From positions 29,734-93,733 of the forward strand of contig PHAI01000001.1 of assembly GCA_002840305.1 (NCBI GenBank): a DNA stretch of 64,000 nucleotides, in the 5' to 3' direction. The first letter of the stretch is position 1. Each line of letters starts with the position of its first letter. The notes below the pieces were generated by a model, which saw only the letters and a program-made list of their open reading frames with translations, was not told the DNA's origin and did no database searches. Shown one piece after another: positions 16,932-26,058 of the stretch. The position numbers were made by a program, and so were the translations under genes. Source of the DNA: Candidatus Falkowbacteria bacterium HGW-Falkowbacteria-1 (lineage in GTDB: Bacteria; Patescibacteriota; Patescibacteriia; Patescibacteriales; UBA12465).

Positions 16932-18371
16932 TTATATTTTTTTAGGCATAAAAGTTTTTATATCTTCCTTGCTTATTCCTTTTAACATATATAGCAGACT
17001 AAAATAAATTAAGCCAGCTAGGAGTATTATTAGAAGTATAAAAATATTATTAGCATATAAGCTTTTTGGAACTAGAAACATAAACAAGGCCATTCCCAAT
17101 GATGATAAAATTGATTTCTTAAGAACAACAAATTTTGCCTGAAAAGAAGTGAATTTTTTTACGTAATAATATGTTCCAAGCAAAATTAGGGCATTGCTAA
17201 AAATAGTTACCATCGCGGCGCCAATATAGGAAAATCTTGGAATTAAAAACAAATATAGAACCAAAGACAGGGCGGCGGTAATAGCATAAAGCCCTATAAC
17301 CTTTTTTTGTTTGTTTATAGCTATTATTATGTGAGAAAAAATACAACTAACAAAAAGCATGGCGGTTGATATTATTAATATTTGTAAAGCCGGCCCCCCG
17401 CTTCCGAAATCTTGGCCAGCAATCATCATCATTATTTTTGTGGCAATAAATTGAGTTCCGACCGCCAGCGGTAAGGCTAGTATTATCATAAAATCAAATG
17501 ATTTTTGGATTATTTTTTCCAAAAATTTATTTTCCCCTTTTAACCAGTTGGCTGTAAAAATTGGCAACATTATTCCAGCGAACATATAAGGAATAGTTCC
17601 TATTACCTCTATGGCTCGATATGATGCTCCGTATATTCCGACCTCTTCATTGCTCTTGAATAATGATAATATTAAAATATCTCCTTTCAAATAAATGAGG
17701 TTTAATATAATAGTTAAAGCTAGTGGCCAGGTTCTTTTTATTATTTTTTTCCAAAATATTAAATCAAACTCAAGTTTAATTTTAACTGATTTCTGACTGT
17801 ATAGCCATAAAATAATAAAGCCGATAATTCCGCTCAGAACCGATGCCCACAACATGCCGGTTAACCCTTGATTTATTTTTGCAAAAATAAAAATAAAGAT
17901 AACTAAAAAAGTTTTCGATATTACCTCAGAAAGCATAACCTTTTCCATCTCCAGCTTCTTTTGAAATAAGGCAATTAATATTTGGTTTAGAGCTGGGAAT
18001 AAAAAAATTAGAGTGGAAATAAGCACGCCGAGTTTAATGACTTGGTCATAGGGGAAAAATAAAACGGTAATTGGGGCCAGACCCAAAAGAATCAGTGCTG
18101 TAAATAAACGTAGAGAGAAGAGATTGCTGAGTGCCTTTTCTTGGTTTTCGTTTGGATTGCTGATTATTTGAGCGCTTATTAGAGTCAACCCTAAGTCAGC
18201 TGACATAGCAAAAAAAGAGACAAAAGTAATAACCGTTGAATATTCTCCAAAACCACTGGCTCCTAAATATCTAGCCATTATAGCCAGAGATGCTATTCCA
18301 AGAAGAGTTGACAATCCTTTCCCGATTATTTGAATAATAGTATTTTTAGCTATTCTTTTTTTTAATTCCAT
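16932..18371 (-). CDS. Oligosaccharide/polysaccharide flippase (Wzx/PST, MOP superfamily)
   Basis: 479 aa, polytopic. N-terminus KNTIIQIIGKGLSTLLGIASLAIMARYLGASGFGEY is typical of this family. Confidence 0.75.
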   Translation of the reverse strand: MELKKRIAKNTIIQIIGKGLSTLLGIASLAIMARYLGASGFGEYSTVITFVSFFAMSADLGLTLISAQIISNPNENQEKALSNLFSLRLFTALILLGLAPITVLFFPYDQVIKLGVLISTLIFLFPALNQILIALFQKKLEMEKVMLSEVISKTFLVIFIFIFAKINQGLTGMLWASVLSGIIGFIILWLYSQKSVKIKLEFDLIFWKKIIKRTWPLALTIILNLIYLKGDILILSLFKSNEEVGIYGASYRAIEVIGTIPYMFAGIMLPIFTANWLKGENKFLEKIIQKSFDFMIILALPLAVGTQFIATKIMMMIAGQDFGSGGPALQILIISTAMLFVSCIFSHIIIAINKQKKVIGLYAITAALSLVLYLFLIPRFSYIGAAMVTIFSNALILLGTYYYVKKFTSFQAKFVVLKKSILSSLGMALFMFLVPKSLYANNIFILLIILLAGLIYFSLLYMLKGISKEDIKTFMPKKI

Positions 18372-18440
18372 TGTTTTTTCTTGTTTTTTTTAAAAAAGTA
18401 GTATATAATTTATATATTATTAAAATCTTATCATAATTTT

Positions 18441-18857
18441 ATGAAAAAAGCTAAGTATTTTTTTCTAGCGTTTTTGTTCTCTTTTTTTGTTTTTAATTTT
18501 TCTTTAGATTGCGTACGTGCTGCAAGTTTGTGGGATCAACAAGATATGTTGGGCGGAAGCGTCGCCACTACTTTTGGCGAAAGCAAAGCGAGCCCGACCG
18601 ATATAAGATATAGAATTGTAAAAATAATAAATTCAACTCTTGGAATCTTGGGTTTAGTAGTAGTTGTTTTAATAATTTTTGCTGGCTTTAAATGGATGAC
18701 TGCCGCTGGAAATGAAGAAAGCATAAGTTCAGCTAAGGCTATTTTAAAGAATGCGATTATTGGTTTAATTATTATTACTTTTGCTTGGTCGGTTACCTTG
18801 TTTATTATAAAACGGTTAGATAAAAATTATAAAGAAGATTGGGGCGTTACTTTGTAA
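18441..18857 (+). CDS. Small secreted two-TM protein resembling the CPR 'T4SS pilin' (TrbC/VirB2-like) family
   Basis: Signal peptide, then ILGLVVVVLIIFAGFKWMTAAGNEESISSAKAILKNAIIGLIIITFAWSV. This hairpin-TM pattern is recalled from memory, not searched. Confidence 0.45.
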   Translation: MKKAKYFFLAFLFSFFVFNFSLDCVRAASLWDQQDMLGGSVATTFGESKASPTDIRYRIVKIINSTLGILGLVVVVLIIFAGFKWMTAAGNEESISSAKAILKNAIIGLIIITFAWSVTLFIIKRLDKNYKEDWGVTL

Positions 18858-19049
18858 TAAACAAAATTACAGCAACGTTTCTTTCCTGGGTCACTAGCAT
18901 TTTATAACTCTTGTATTTTTTTAAATTATTTATTATAATATACTCATAAAGCTAATTGATAATACAATTAGCTTTAATTTTAGGTATTAATTAAAAGGAA
19001 TCGTTGTTAAATTTTTTATTAAAATATTTAATGGCGGTCTTGTAAAAAT

Positions 19050-20459
19050 ATGTCAGAATTAATTAGCGCTATCAAACAAGTTTGTGAGGAAAAAAAAATT
19101 GATTATGATTTGGTCGTTTCTGCTATCGAGTCTTCTTTGGCGGCAGCATATCGCAAAGACTATGGAAATAAATTGCAGAATATAAAGGTTAATTTTAATC
19201 CTGAAACAGCTAAATCTAAAATTTATGACGTAAAAACAGTCGTGGAAGACTTGTCAGAGGAAGAAAATTTAGAAATTGAAAGACAAAGAGAAGAATTCGA
19301 AAACAGAGAAAAAAACAAAAAAGAGAGAGTCGTTAGGGAAAAGGAAGTTGAAAAAAGAGAAGAAGTTAGAAATGAAGAGCGCGATGAAGATGAAAAAAGA
19401 TTCAATCCTAAAACCGAAATACAACTGAAAGACGCTTTAATTATAAAAAATGATGTAAAAGTTGGAGAAGAGATAGTTTTTGAGCTAGAAGAGCCAGAGG
19501 GTTATGGAAGAATGGCCGCACAAACCGCCAAACAGGTAATAGTCCAAAAAATTAGAGAAATAGAAAAAGAGACCATATTTAATGAATTTAAGGACCAAGA
19601 AGGAGGCGTTGTGAGTGGTATAATTCAAAGAGTTGAAGGAAGATTGGTCTTTGTTGATCTTGACAAGGCCATTGGAATACTTCCAATGGATGAACAGATA
19701 CCGAACGAAAGATACACTATTGGAAATAGAATTAGAGTTTTTATAAAAGAGGTTCGCTCTGGTATTAGAGGTGCAGAAATAATATTGTCTAGAAAATCTG
19801 AAGAAATTGTAAAGCAAATATTTATGATGGAAATCCCAGAATTATCAAATGGACTTATTGAAATAAAAAATATTGCTAGAGAGGCCGGTTCTAGATCTAA
19901 AATAGCCATTTTTACGGATTCTGAAAATATTGACCCGGTCGGTTCTTGTGTCGGTCAAAGAGGAGTTAGAATTCAGACAATTATAAGCGAGTTAGGCGGA
20001 GAAAAAATTGATATAGTTGAATATAGTGATGACCCAGTAAAATATATTGCTAACGCTTTGGCACCTGCCAAGATTATTAATATAAGAATTGATGAAAAGT
20101 CAAAGAGATCGATAGTTAAAGTTGAACCGGATAAATTGTCTCTAGCGATTGGTAAGGCTGGCCAAAACGCCAGGTTAGCAGCTCGCTTAACAGGCTGGAA
20201 AATAGATATTTTGCCTTATATAGAAGGAGAGGAAGCGGTTGTTGAGAATAAAATCGAAACATCAGCAGAGATGGATAATATCGAGCTAGGCAATACTAAT
20301 GAAGAAGAAAATAAAGATAAAAAAGAAACGAAGGGAAAAGAAAAAAAAGAAAAAGTAGCCAAGGAAAAACCTGTTAAAGAAAAAACGGTCAAAGAAAAAG
20401 CAGTGACCAAGGATAAAAAGGAAACAAAAGAAAAGAAAGTAAAAAAATCAAGTAAATAA
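19050..20459 (+). CDS. nusA: Transcription termination/antitermination factor NusA
   Basis: S1 (GGVVSGIIQRVEGRLVFVDL) and two KH domains (VGSCVGQRGVRIQ; LAIGKAGQNARLAARLTGWKIDI). It also has a charged insert and a Lys-rich tail. Confidence 0.9.
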   Translation: MSELISAIKQVCEEKKIDYDLVVSAIESSLAAAYRKDYGNKLQNIKVNFNPETAKSKIYDVKTVVEDLSEEENLEIERQREEFENREKNKKERVVREKEVEKREEVRNEERDEDEKRFNPKTEIQLKDALIIKNDVKVGEEIVFELEEPEGYGRMAAQTAKQVIVQKIREIEKETIFNEFKDQEGGVVSGIIQRVEGRLVFVDLDKAIGILPMDEQIPNERYTIGNRIRVFIKEVRSGIRGAEIILSRKSEEIVKQIFMMEIPELSNGLIEIKNIAREAGSRSKIAIFTDSENIDPVGSCVGQRGVRIQTIISELGGEKIDIVEYSDDPVKYIANALAPAKIINIRIDEKSKRSIVKVEPDKLSLAIGKAGQNARLAARLTGWKIDILPYIEGEEAVVENKIETSAEMDNIELGNTNEEENKDKKETKGKEKKEKVAKEKPVKEKTVKEKAVTKDKKETKEKKVKKSSK

Positions 20460-20560
20460 TATAATTCAAATAATTTATTTAATCTGATTATTTTGGTTTA
20501 TTTAAAAATTACTTTTTATAGTAAGCATAATTAATTAACCAAAATAAAAATTTAAAAAGT

Positions 20561-22546
20561 ATGATCGAAGTTTTTATTATTTCCAGCGCTTTGTTGGCCA
20601 TAATTTTTGGAGCAGTTCTTATTCGTTCAATTTTAAAATTACCAAAAGGTAATGAAAAAATGCAAGAAATTGCAGCGGCTATTCAGGCCGGTGCAAAAGC
20701 TTTTTTAAATCGTCAATATAAAACCGTTGCTATAGTGGCTCTGGTTTTATTTGTAATTATTCTTTTTGTTCCTTCCCTAGGATTTAAAACGGCCTTAGCC
20801 TTTCTTATTGGTGCCTTTTTGTCAGCTTTAACAGGTTATATCGGAATGCATATTAGTGTTAGAGCTAATGTTAGAACCACCGAGGCTGCTAAGCATGGCT
20901 TGAACAAAGCTTTAAACGTAGCCGTTAGAGGCGGTAGTATAACCGGAATGTTGGTTGTTGGTTTAGCCTTGCTTGGAACCGCTGGTTTTTACTTATTGAC
21001 TAAAGACTTACATGCTTTGATTGGTTTTGGTTTTGGAGGATCTTTAATTTCTATTTTTGCTCGTTTAGGTGGGGGTATTTATACTAAGGCAGCAGACGTT
21101 GGCGCCGATTTGGTTGGTAAAGTTGAAGCTGATATTCCTGAAGACGATCCAAGAAACCCAGCGGTTATTGCTGACAATGTTGGTGATAATGTTGGTGATT
21201 GTGCAGGTATGGCCGCCGATCTTTTTGAAACTTATGCCGTTACTTCTATTGCTGCCATGGTTTTAACTGTAATATTTTTTGGCGATTCTCAAGAAAAAAT
21301 ATTATTGCCTTTGTTTCTTGGTGGAATTTCTATTATTTCTTCTATCATTGGTATTTTCTTTATCAGACTGGGGAAAAATAAAAATATTATGCAAGCTTTG
21401 TATAAAGGATTGTTTGCCTCTGGTCTTATATCTGCGATAGCCTTTTATCCGGCTATAAAGTGGTTCATGGCTGATAATTCAGTTTTTCCTTTTGTTAATA
21501 TTTATTTAAGTGCTTTGATAGGTTTAGTCGTTACTGCTTTGATGGTGGTTATAACTGAATATTATACTTCTACCAAATTTGAACCGGTAAAGAGCATCGC
21601 CGAGGCCTCTAAAACGGGTCACGGAACAAATGTTATCGCTGGTTTGGCTGTCTCTATGAAGTCGACTATGTGGCCAGTATTGGTAATAGCAGCGGCTATC
21701 TTGGGAGCTTATAGTTTGGCCGATTTATATGGAGTAGCTATTGCTGCCGTAGCCATGCTTTCTATGGCCGGCATAATTGTTACCATTGATTCTTATGGAC
21801 CGATTACAGATAACGCTGGTGGTATCGCTGAAATGGCAGAATTGGGTGAGGATGTTAGAAACATTACCGATCCTTTGGACGCAGTTGGAAATACCACCAA
21901 AGCCGTAACCAAGGGATATGCCATTGGAAGCGCGGCTTTAGCAGCTTTGGTTTTGTTTGCTGACTTCACTCATAGAGCTGGAGAAAAATATGTTTTTGCT
22001 ATTGATAATCCTTACGTTTTGGCTGGTTTGTTTATCGGTGGATTGCTTCCTTACTTATTTGGTGCTATGGCGATGAAGGCGGTTGGTAAATCAGCCGGTT
22101 CCGTAGTAGAAGATGTTAGGGCTCAATTTAAAGAGAAGCCAGGGATTATGAGTGGTACTGAAAAACCTGATTACGGTAGAACGGTTGATATTGTCACAAA
22201 ATCGGCTTTAAAGGCCATGATAGTTCCGGCCTTAATCCCCGTTGTTGCTCCGATACTTGTTGGTTTTTTATTGGGAGTTGAAGCTTTGGGCGGATTACTT
22301 ATTGGTTCAATTGTAACGGGTATTTTTGTGGCTATTTCTATGACTTCAGGTGGTGGAGCATGGGACAATGCTAAAAAATATATAGAGTCTGGTCATTTTG
22401 GTGGTAAAGGTTCTGATGCTCACAAAGCTGCGGTTACGGGAGATACTGTTGGAGATCCATACAAAGACACTGCCGGTCCAGCTATTAATCCAATGATCAA
22501 GATCGTCAATATTGTAGCATTACTTATTATTGGTTTATTGCTTTAA
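20561..22546 (+). CDS. hppA: Membrane-bound pyrophosphate-energised pump, K+-independent type
   Basis: 661 aa, polytopic. [21 protein letters not shown]; [10 protein letters not shown], where the Lys marks the K+-independent subclass. Confidence 0.9.
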   Translation: MIEVFIISSALLAIIFGAVLIRSILKLPKGNEKMQEIAAAIQAGAKAFLNRQYKTVAIVALVLFVIILFVPSLGFKTALAFLIGAFLSALTGYIGMHISVRANVRTTEAAKHGLNKALNVAVRGGSITGMLVVGLALLGTAGFYLLTKDLHALIGFGFGGSLISIFARLGGGIYTKAADVGADLVGKVEADIPEDDPRNPAVIADNVGDNVGDCAGMAADLFETYAVTSIAAMVLTVIFFGDSQEKILLPLFLGGISIISSIIGIFFIRLGKNKNIMQALYKGLFASGLISAIAFYPAIKWFMADNSVFPFVNIYLSALIGLVVTALMVVITEYYTSTKFEPVKSIAEASKTGHGTNVIAGLAVSMKSTMWPVLVIAAAILGAYSLADLYGVAIAAVAMLSMAGIIVTIDSYGPITDNAGGIAEMAELGEDVRNITDPLDAVGNTTKAVTKGYAIGSAALAALVLFADFTHRAGEKYVFAIDNPYVLAGLFIGGLLPYLFGAMAMKAVGKSAGSVVEDVRAQFKEKPGIMSGTEKPDYGRTVDIVTKSALKAMIVPALIPVVAPILVGFLLGVEALGGLLIGSIVTGIFVAISMTSGGGAWDNAKKYIESGHFGGKGSDAHKAAVTGDTVGDPYKDTAGPAINPMIKIVNIVALLIIGLLL

Positions 22547-22636
22547 TAACAAGTTAAAACATAAAGATAAAGGGTATTTTAATGCCCTTTATTTTATGGT
22601 ATAATTCTTTTTAGATTAGTATTAATTTTTCGAAAT

Positions 22637-23944
22637 ATGAATATCACAAGAAAAGATCTAGAAAAAGGGCAAATTGAATTGAATGTTGAATTAAGTGTAG
22701 ACGAACTTAAACCTCTAATGGAAAAGGGAGCAGAGTCTATTTCCAAAGAAGTAAAAGTAGAAGGATTTCGTCCTGGCAAGGTTCCTTTTGATGTTTTAAA
22801 ACAAAAAGTTGGCGAATTGGCCATACTTGAGGAAGCTGCTAAATTGTCTATCAATAAAAATATTTATAAAGTTTTAGAAGATAATATAAAAGATAAACAA
22901 GTTGTTGGACAACCAGAAGTAGAGATTACCAAAATTGCCGTTGGCAGTCCCTTAGAATATAGAGTAAGAGTTAATATTTTGCCTGAAGTTACAGTTGGAA
23001 AATATAAAGATTTTGATTTTAAGCAAGAAAAATTGGAAGTAACAGAGGAAGAAATAAGCAAAGTCTTAAACGATTTAATTGAAATGAGGGCCAAGGAGAA
23101 AATTTCCGACAAGACCATTGAAAAAGGAGACAAAGTTATTGCTAGTGTTAATTTGTTTATAGAGAATGTTCCAGTTGAAGATGGACAAAATCCAGAGGTT
23201 ACAATAATGATTGGCAAAAATTATTTCGTGGATGGTTTTGACAAAAATTTGATTGGATTAAAAAAAGGAGATAAAAAAGAATTCAATTTAGTTTATCCAG
23301 ATAAACATTGGCAGAAGAATTTGTCCGGCAAGCTAGTTGATTTTAAAGTAGAAATAAAAGAAGTTTATAGCCGAGAGTTGCCGGAGTTAAATGATGAGTT
23401 GGCCAAAATTTTTCAATTTAATAACATGGAGCACTTAAAAGAAAATTTGTCCAAAACTATTGAATCTCAAAAAAAGAGAGAAATGGACCAGAAAATGGAG
23501 GTCAAAATTTTAGATAAGGTAGTAGACAATTTTAAATTTGGCGACATTGCTGAAAGTTTAATAAAAAGTGAAGCGTCTTTGATGATGAGGGAAATGGAAC
23601 AAAGCGTCGTGTCTCAAGGCGGTAAATTTGATGATTATTTAAATAGTATAAATAAAACACAAAACGAGTTGATGTTAGAAATTTTACCAGGAGCGACAAA
23701 AAGAGTGAAAAGTGCTTTAGCCATGAAAGAGATAGCTGAGATAGAAAAGATATCAATTTCAGACGCAGAGATGGAAAAAGAATTGGATAGTTTGAAAAAA
23801 AAATATGGACACGATTCTAAGGTCATCGAAAATCTTTCAAGCGCTCACTATAAAGCTTATTTAGAGAACATGATGTTAAATCAAAAAACAGTTGAAGCTT
23901 TAAAAAAATGGAATATAAAAGATGAAAATTCTAGCGATAAATAA
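22637..23944 (+). CDS. tig: Trigger factor
   Basis: N-terminal ribosome-binding GFRPGKVP motif, central PPIase-like region, C-terminal arm domain. 435 aa. Confidence 0.85.
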   Translation: MNITRKDLEKGQIELNVELSVDELKPLMEKGAESISKEVKVEGFRPGKVPFDVLKQKVGELAILEEAAKLSINKNIYKVLEDNIKDKQVVGQPEVEITKIAVGSPLEYRVRVNILPEVTVGKYKDFDFKQEKLEVTEEEISKVLNDLIEMRAKEKISDKTIEKGDKVIASVNLFIENVPVEDGQNPEVTIMIGKNYFVDGFDKNLIGLKKGDKKEFNLVYPDKHWQKNLSGKLVDFKVEIKEVYSRELPELNDELAKIFQFNNMEHLKENLSKTIESQKKREMDQKMEVKILDKVVDNFKFGDIAESLIKSEASLMMREMEQSVVSQGGKFDDYLNSINKTQNELMLEILPGATKRVKSALAMKEIAEIEKISISDAEMEKELDSLKKKYGHDSKVIENLSSAHYKAYLENMMLNQKTVEALKKWNIKDENSSDK

Positions 23945-24395
23945 AAAAGCCAGTTTTGATTATCAAATCTTGGAAACATATGAGGCCGGAATTGTTTTGT
24001 TTGGTTACGAGGTAAAGTCCGTTAGGTTAGGGCAAACAAATTTAAAGGCCTCTTATATTTCCTTTAAAACCAATAAAAAAGGTAAAAGCGAAGCTTATTT
24101 AATAAACTCCTATATTCCTCTTTATAAACCAGCGGGGATCAAAGATGATTATAACACCGAGAGAGAAAGAAAGGTTTTGTTAAAAAACAAAGAAATCGAT
24201 TATTTGACTATAAAAAAGCAGGAAAAGGGCTTGACAGTTATTCCGATTAAGTTATATACTAAAGGCAGTTTTATAAAGTTAGAATTGGCTGTCGTTAAGG
24301 GAAAAAAGAAATTTGATAAGCGTGATGATTTAAAGAAAAAGGATGTAGACAGACATTTAAGAACTTTGACAAAACAAAAAATACGAACAAATTAG
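23922..24395 (+). CDS. smpB: SsrA-binding protein
   Basis: NKKASFDYQILETYEAGIVLFGYEVKSVR; basic C-terminal tail. It is followed immediately by tmRNA. Confidence 0.9.
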   Translation: MKILAINKKASFDYQILETYEAGIVLFGYEVKSVRLGQTNLKASYISFKTNKKGKSEAYLINSYIPLYKPAGIKDDYNTERERKVLLKNKEIDYLTIKKQEKGLTVIPIKLYTKGSFIKLELAVVKGKKKFDKRDDLKKKDVDRHLRTLTKQKIRTN

Positions 24396-24400
24396 ACATT

Positions 24401-24787
24401 GGGGATGTCTTGGGTTCGATGATAAGATTCTTTTTAAGCATTCAAGACGTGCTGAGTAATCACGTAAAACTTATTCAAAAAATAAGTGCAAAAAACACTT
24501 TAAAGAAGGCTGCTTTCTCATGGAAAGTTCCAGCTTTCGCTCCTGTTGTAGCTTAATAAAATAGCTCAACCATCGGCCTGGTAACTCCTTATAGCCAATC
24601 GCCGGTGTCATTTATAAGGATAGAATTTTTGGGTATCTTTCTCTAAAAATTCGAAGAAAAAGAAAGATAAGCGTTATTTCGTTTCGCTCAATTTTAGAAG
24701 TAATGCCGAAAAAATAACAATTGGGCTACTCTTGTAGTGGTGTTTAAAAAAACTTGTTAGACACGGGTTCAATTCCCGTCATCTCCA
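24401..24787 (+). ncRNA. ssrA: tmRNA (SsrA)
   Basis: 5' GGGGATG pairs with 3' CATCTCC, including the G3-U Ala identity pair. T-arm ACGGGTTCAATTCCCGT. Internal tag ORF runs from GCA 24488 to a double stop at 24554-24559. Confidence 0.85.
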
Positions 24788-24796
24788 CATTTTTAG

Positions 24797-24922
24797 CTGA
24801 GATTATTGAGATCGTTGAGATTATTAAGATCCTTTGGGTGTTTAATTTTATTTTTGTTTAAAAAAGTAAGGTTTTTAAATCCTAAGAATCTTAAGGCTCT
24901 TAAGAATCCTAAGAATCTTAAT
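24797..24922. repeat. Inverted pair of 9-nt phased arrays flanking a ~40-nt core, upstream of tRNA-Leu
   Basis: Left: ctgagatta|ttgagatcg|ttgagatta|ttaagatcc. Right: aatcctaag|aatcttaag|gctcttaag|aatcctaag|aatcttaat. Confidence 0.8.
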
Positions 24923-24928
24923 TCTTAT

Positions 24929-25012
24929 GCCGTGGTGGCGGAACTGGTAGACGCGCTGGACTTAAAATCCAGTGATAGTAATATCGTGGGAGTTCGATTC
25001 TCCCCCGCGGCA
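24929..25012 (+). tRNA. tRNA-Leu (anticodon UAA)
   Basis: Acceptor gccgtgg/ccgcggc; anticodon stem ctgga/tccag with loop ct-TAA-aa; long variable arm; T-arm gggagttcgattctccc. Confidence 0.9.
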
Positions 25013-25023
25013 CATTGAGTCAA

Positions 25024-25095
25024 GCGGGTATCGTATAGTGGTTATTATGCGACCTTGCCAAGGTCGAGAGACGGGTTCGATTCCCGTTACCCGCT
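25024..25095 (+). tRNA. tRNA-Gly (anticodon GCC)
   Basis: Acceptor gcgggta/tacccgc; anticodon stem cgacc/ggtcg with loop tt-GCC-aa; T-arm acgggttcgattcccgt. Confidence 0.9.
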
Positions 25096-25130
25096 CATTA
25101 TTTAGTATTAAAATTAATTTTCATAAAAAG

Positions 25131-25697
25131 ATGAGAAGAAAGTTCAGATTTCCAAAAGTAGACAAAAGACAAAATGAAAAACAATTTAATGCCAACGAAA
25201 AAATAAGGGCTGAAAAGGTTTTTTTAATTAATGAAGATGGTGAGAATGTAGGAGTAATGGAGACCTATAAGGCCTTGCAAATAGCCCAAGAGGCTGGTTT
25301 TGATTTGGTTGAGGTAAACCCTAAAGCCGAAATTCCAGTTGTTAAGATATTAGACTTGGGTCAGTTCAAATATGAACAAGATAAAAAGAGACATAAACAG
25401 AAAGTCTTACAAAAAAAAGTGGAGATTAAAAATATCAAAGTATCCCTTAGAATTAGCGGCCATGATTTTGATGTTAGAGTAGAACAAGCAGTCAAATTTT
25501 TGACCAAGGGCAACAAGGTTAAAATAGATTTAAATTTGCGAGGAAGAGAAAAACAGCATTTTGATAAAGCCAGGGAGGTTATTTCGGATTTTTTGCTTAG
25601 ATTGAAGAGTAATGGTGATTTGTCCATAGAAGAAGAACAGGTATTGACAAAACAACCAGGAGGATATACTATGATACTAGCCAATAAGGCGAAATAA
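25131..25697 (+). CDS. infC: Translation initiation factor IF-3
   Basis: The track ORF 24972..25697 overlaps two tRNAs, so the start was trimmed to ATG 25131. IRAEKVFLINEDGENVGV and DLVEVNPKAEIPVVKILD are present. A non-ATG start cannot be excluded. Confidence 0.85.
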   Translation: MRRKFRFPKVDKRQNEKQFNANEKIRAEKVFLINEDGENVGVMETYKALQIAQEAGFDLVEVNPKAEIPVVKILDLGQFKYEQDKKRHKQKVLQKKVEIKNIKVSLRISGHDFDVRVEQAVKFLTKGNKVKIDLNLRGREKQHFDKAREVISDFLLRLKSNGDLSIEEEQVLTKQPGGYTMILANKAK

Positions 25698-25763
25698 TTC
25701 AGGAGCAGGATTGTAGCCTGATTTTTTAGCTTTTAAATTGTAATAAATTATAATAATATAAAT

Positions 25764-25961
25764 ATGCCGAAAGTAAAAACTCATAAAGCGACAGTTAAGC
25801 GTTTTTCTAAAACAGCTACAAAGAAAATAAAGCACAGAAAAGGAGGTCAAAATCATTTTAATTCTGGGGAGTCTGGTAATACAACGAGAAGCAAGAGAAG
25901 AGACATGACTATCACCAAGACCTTGGAAAAAACAGTCAATAGACTGACTCCGTATAACTAA
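25764..25961 (+). CDS. rpmI: 50S ribosomal protein L35
   Basis: MPKVKTHKATVKRFSKTATKKIKHRKGGQNH. Confidence 0.9.
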   Translation: MPKVKTHKATVKRFSKTATKKIKHRKGGQNHFNSGESGNTTRSKRRDMTITKTLEKTVNRLTPYN

Positions 25962-25969
25962 TAAAATTA

Positions 25970-26058
25970 TTAAAATTTTTAAGATTTTTAGGGTGTTCAA
26001 CTTCATTTTTATCTAAAAAAGCAAGATTTAAAAACCCCAAAAATTCTAATATAAAAAT
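25970..26058. repeat. Second copy of the TIR-flanked ~72-bp intergenic element, between rpmI and rplT
   Basis: ttaagatttttagggtg...core...ccccaaaaattctaa. The core aligns with 24833-24877. Confidence 0.7.

Noticed and set aside
24806-25130. Track ORF 24806..25018 and the first ~53 codons of ORF 24972..25697.
   Set aside because: They run straight through tRNA-Leu (24929-25012) and tRNA-Gly (24024+1000=25024-25095) and through the 9-mer array. The IF-3 homology only begins after ATG 25131.
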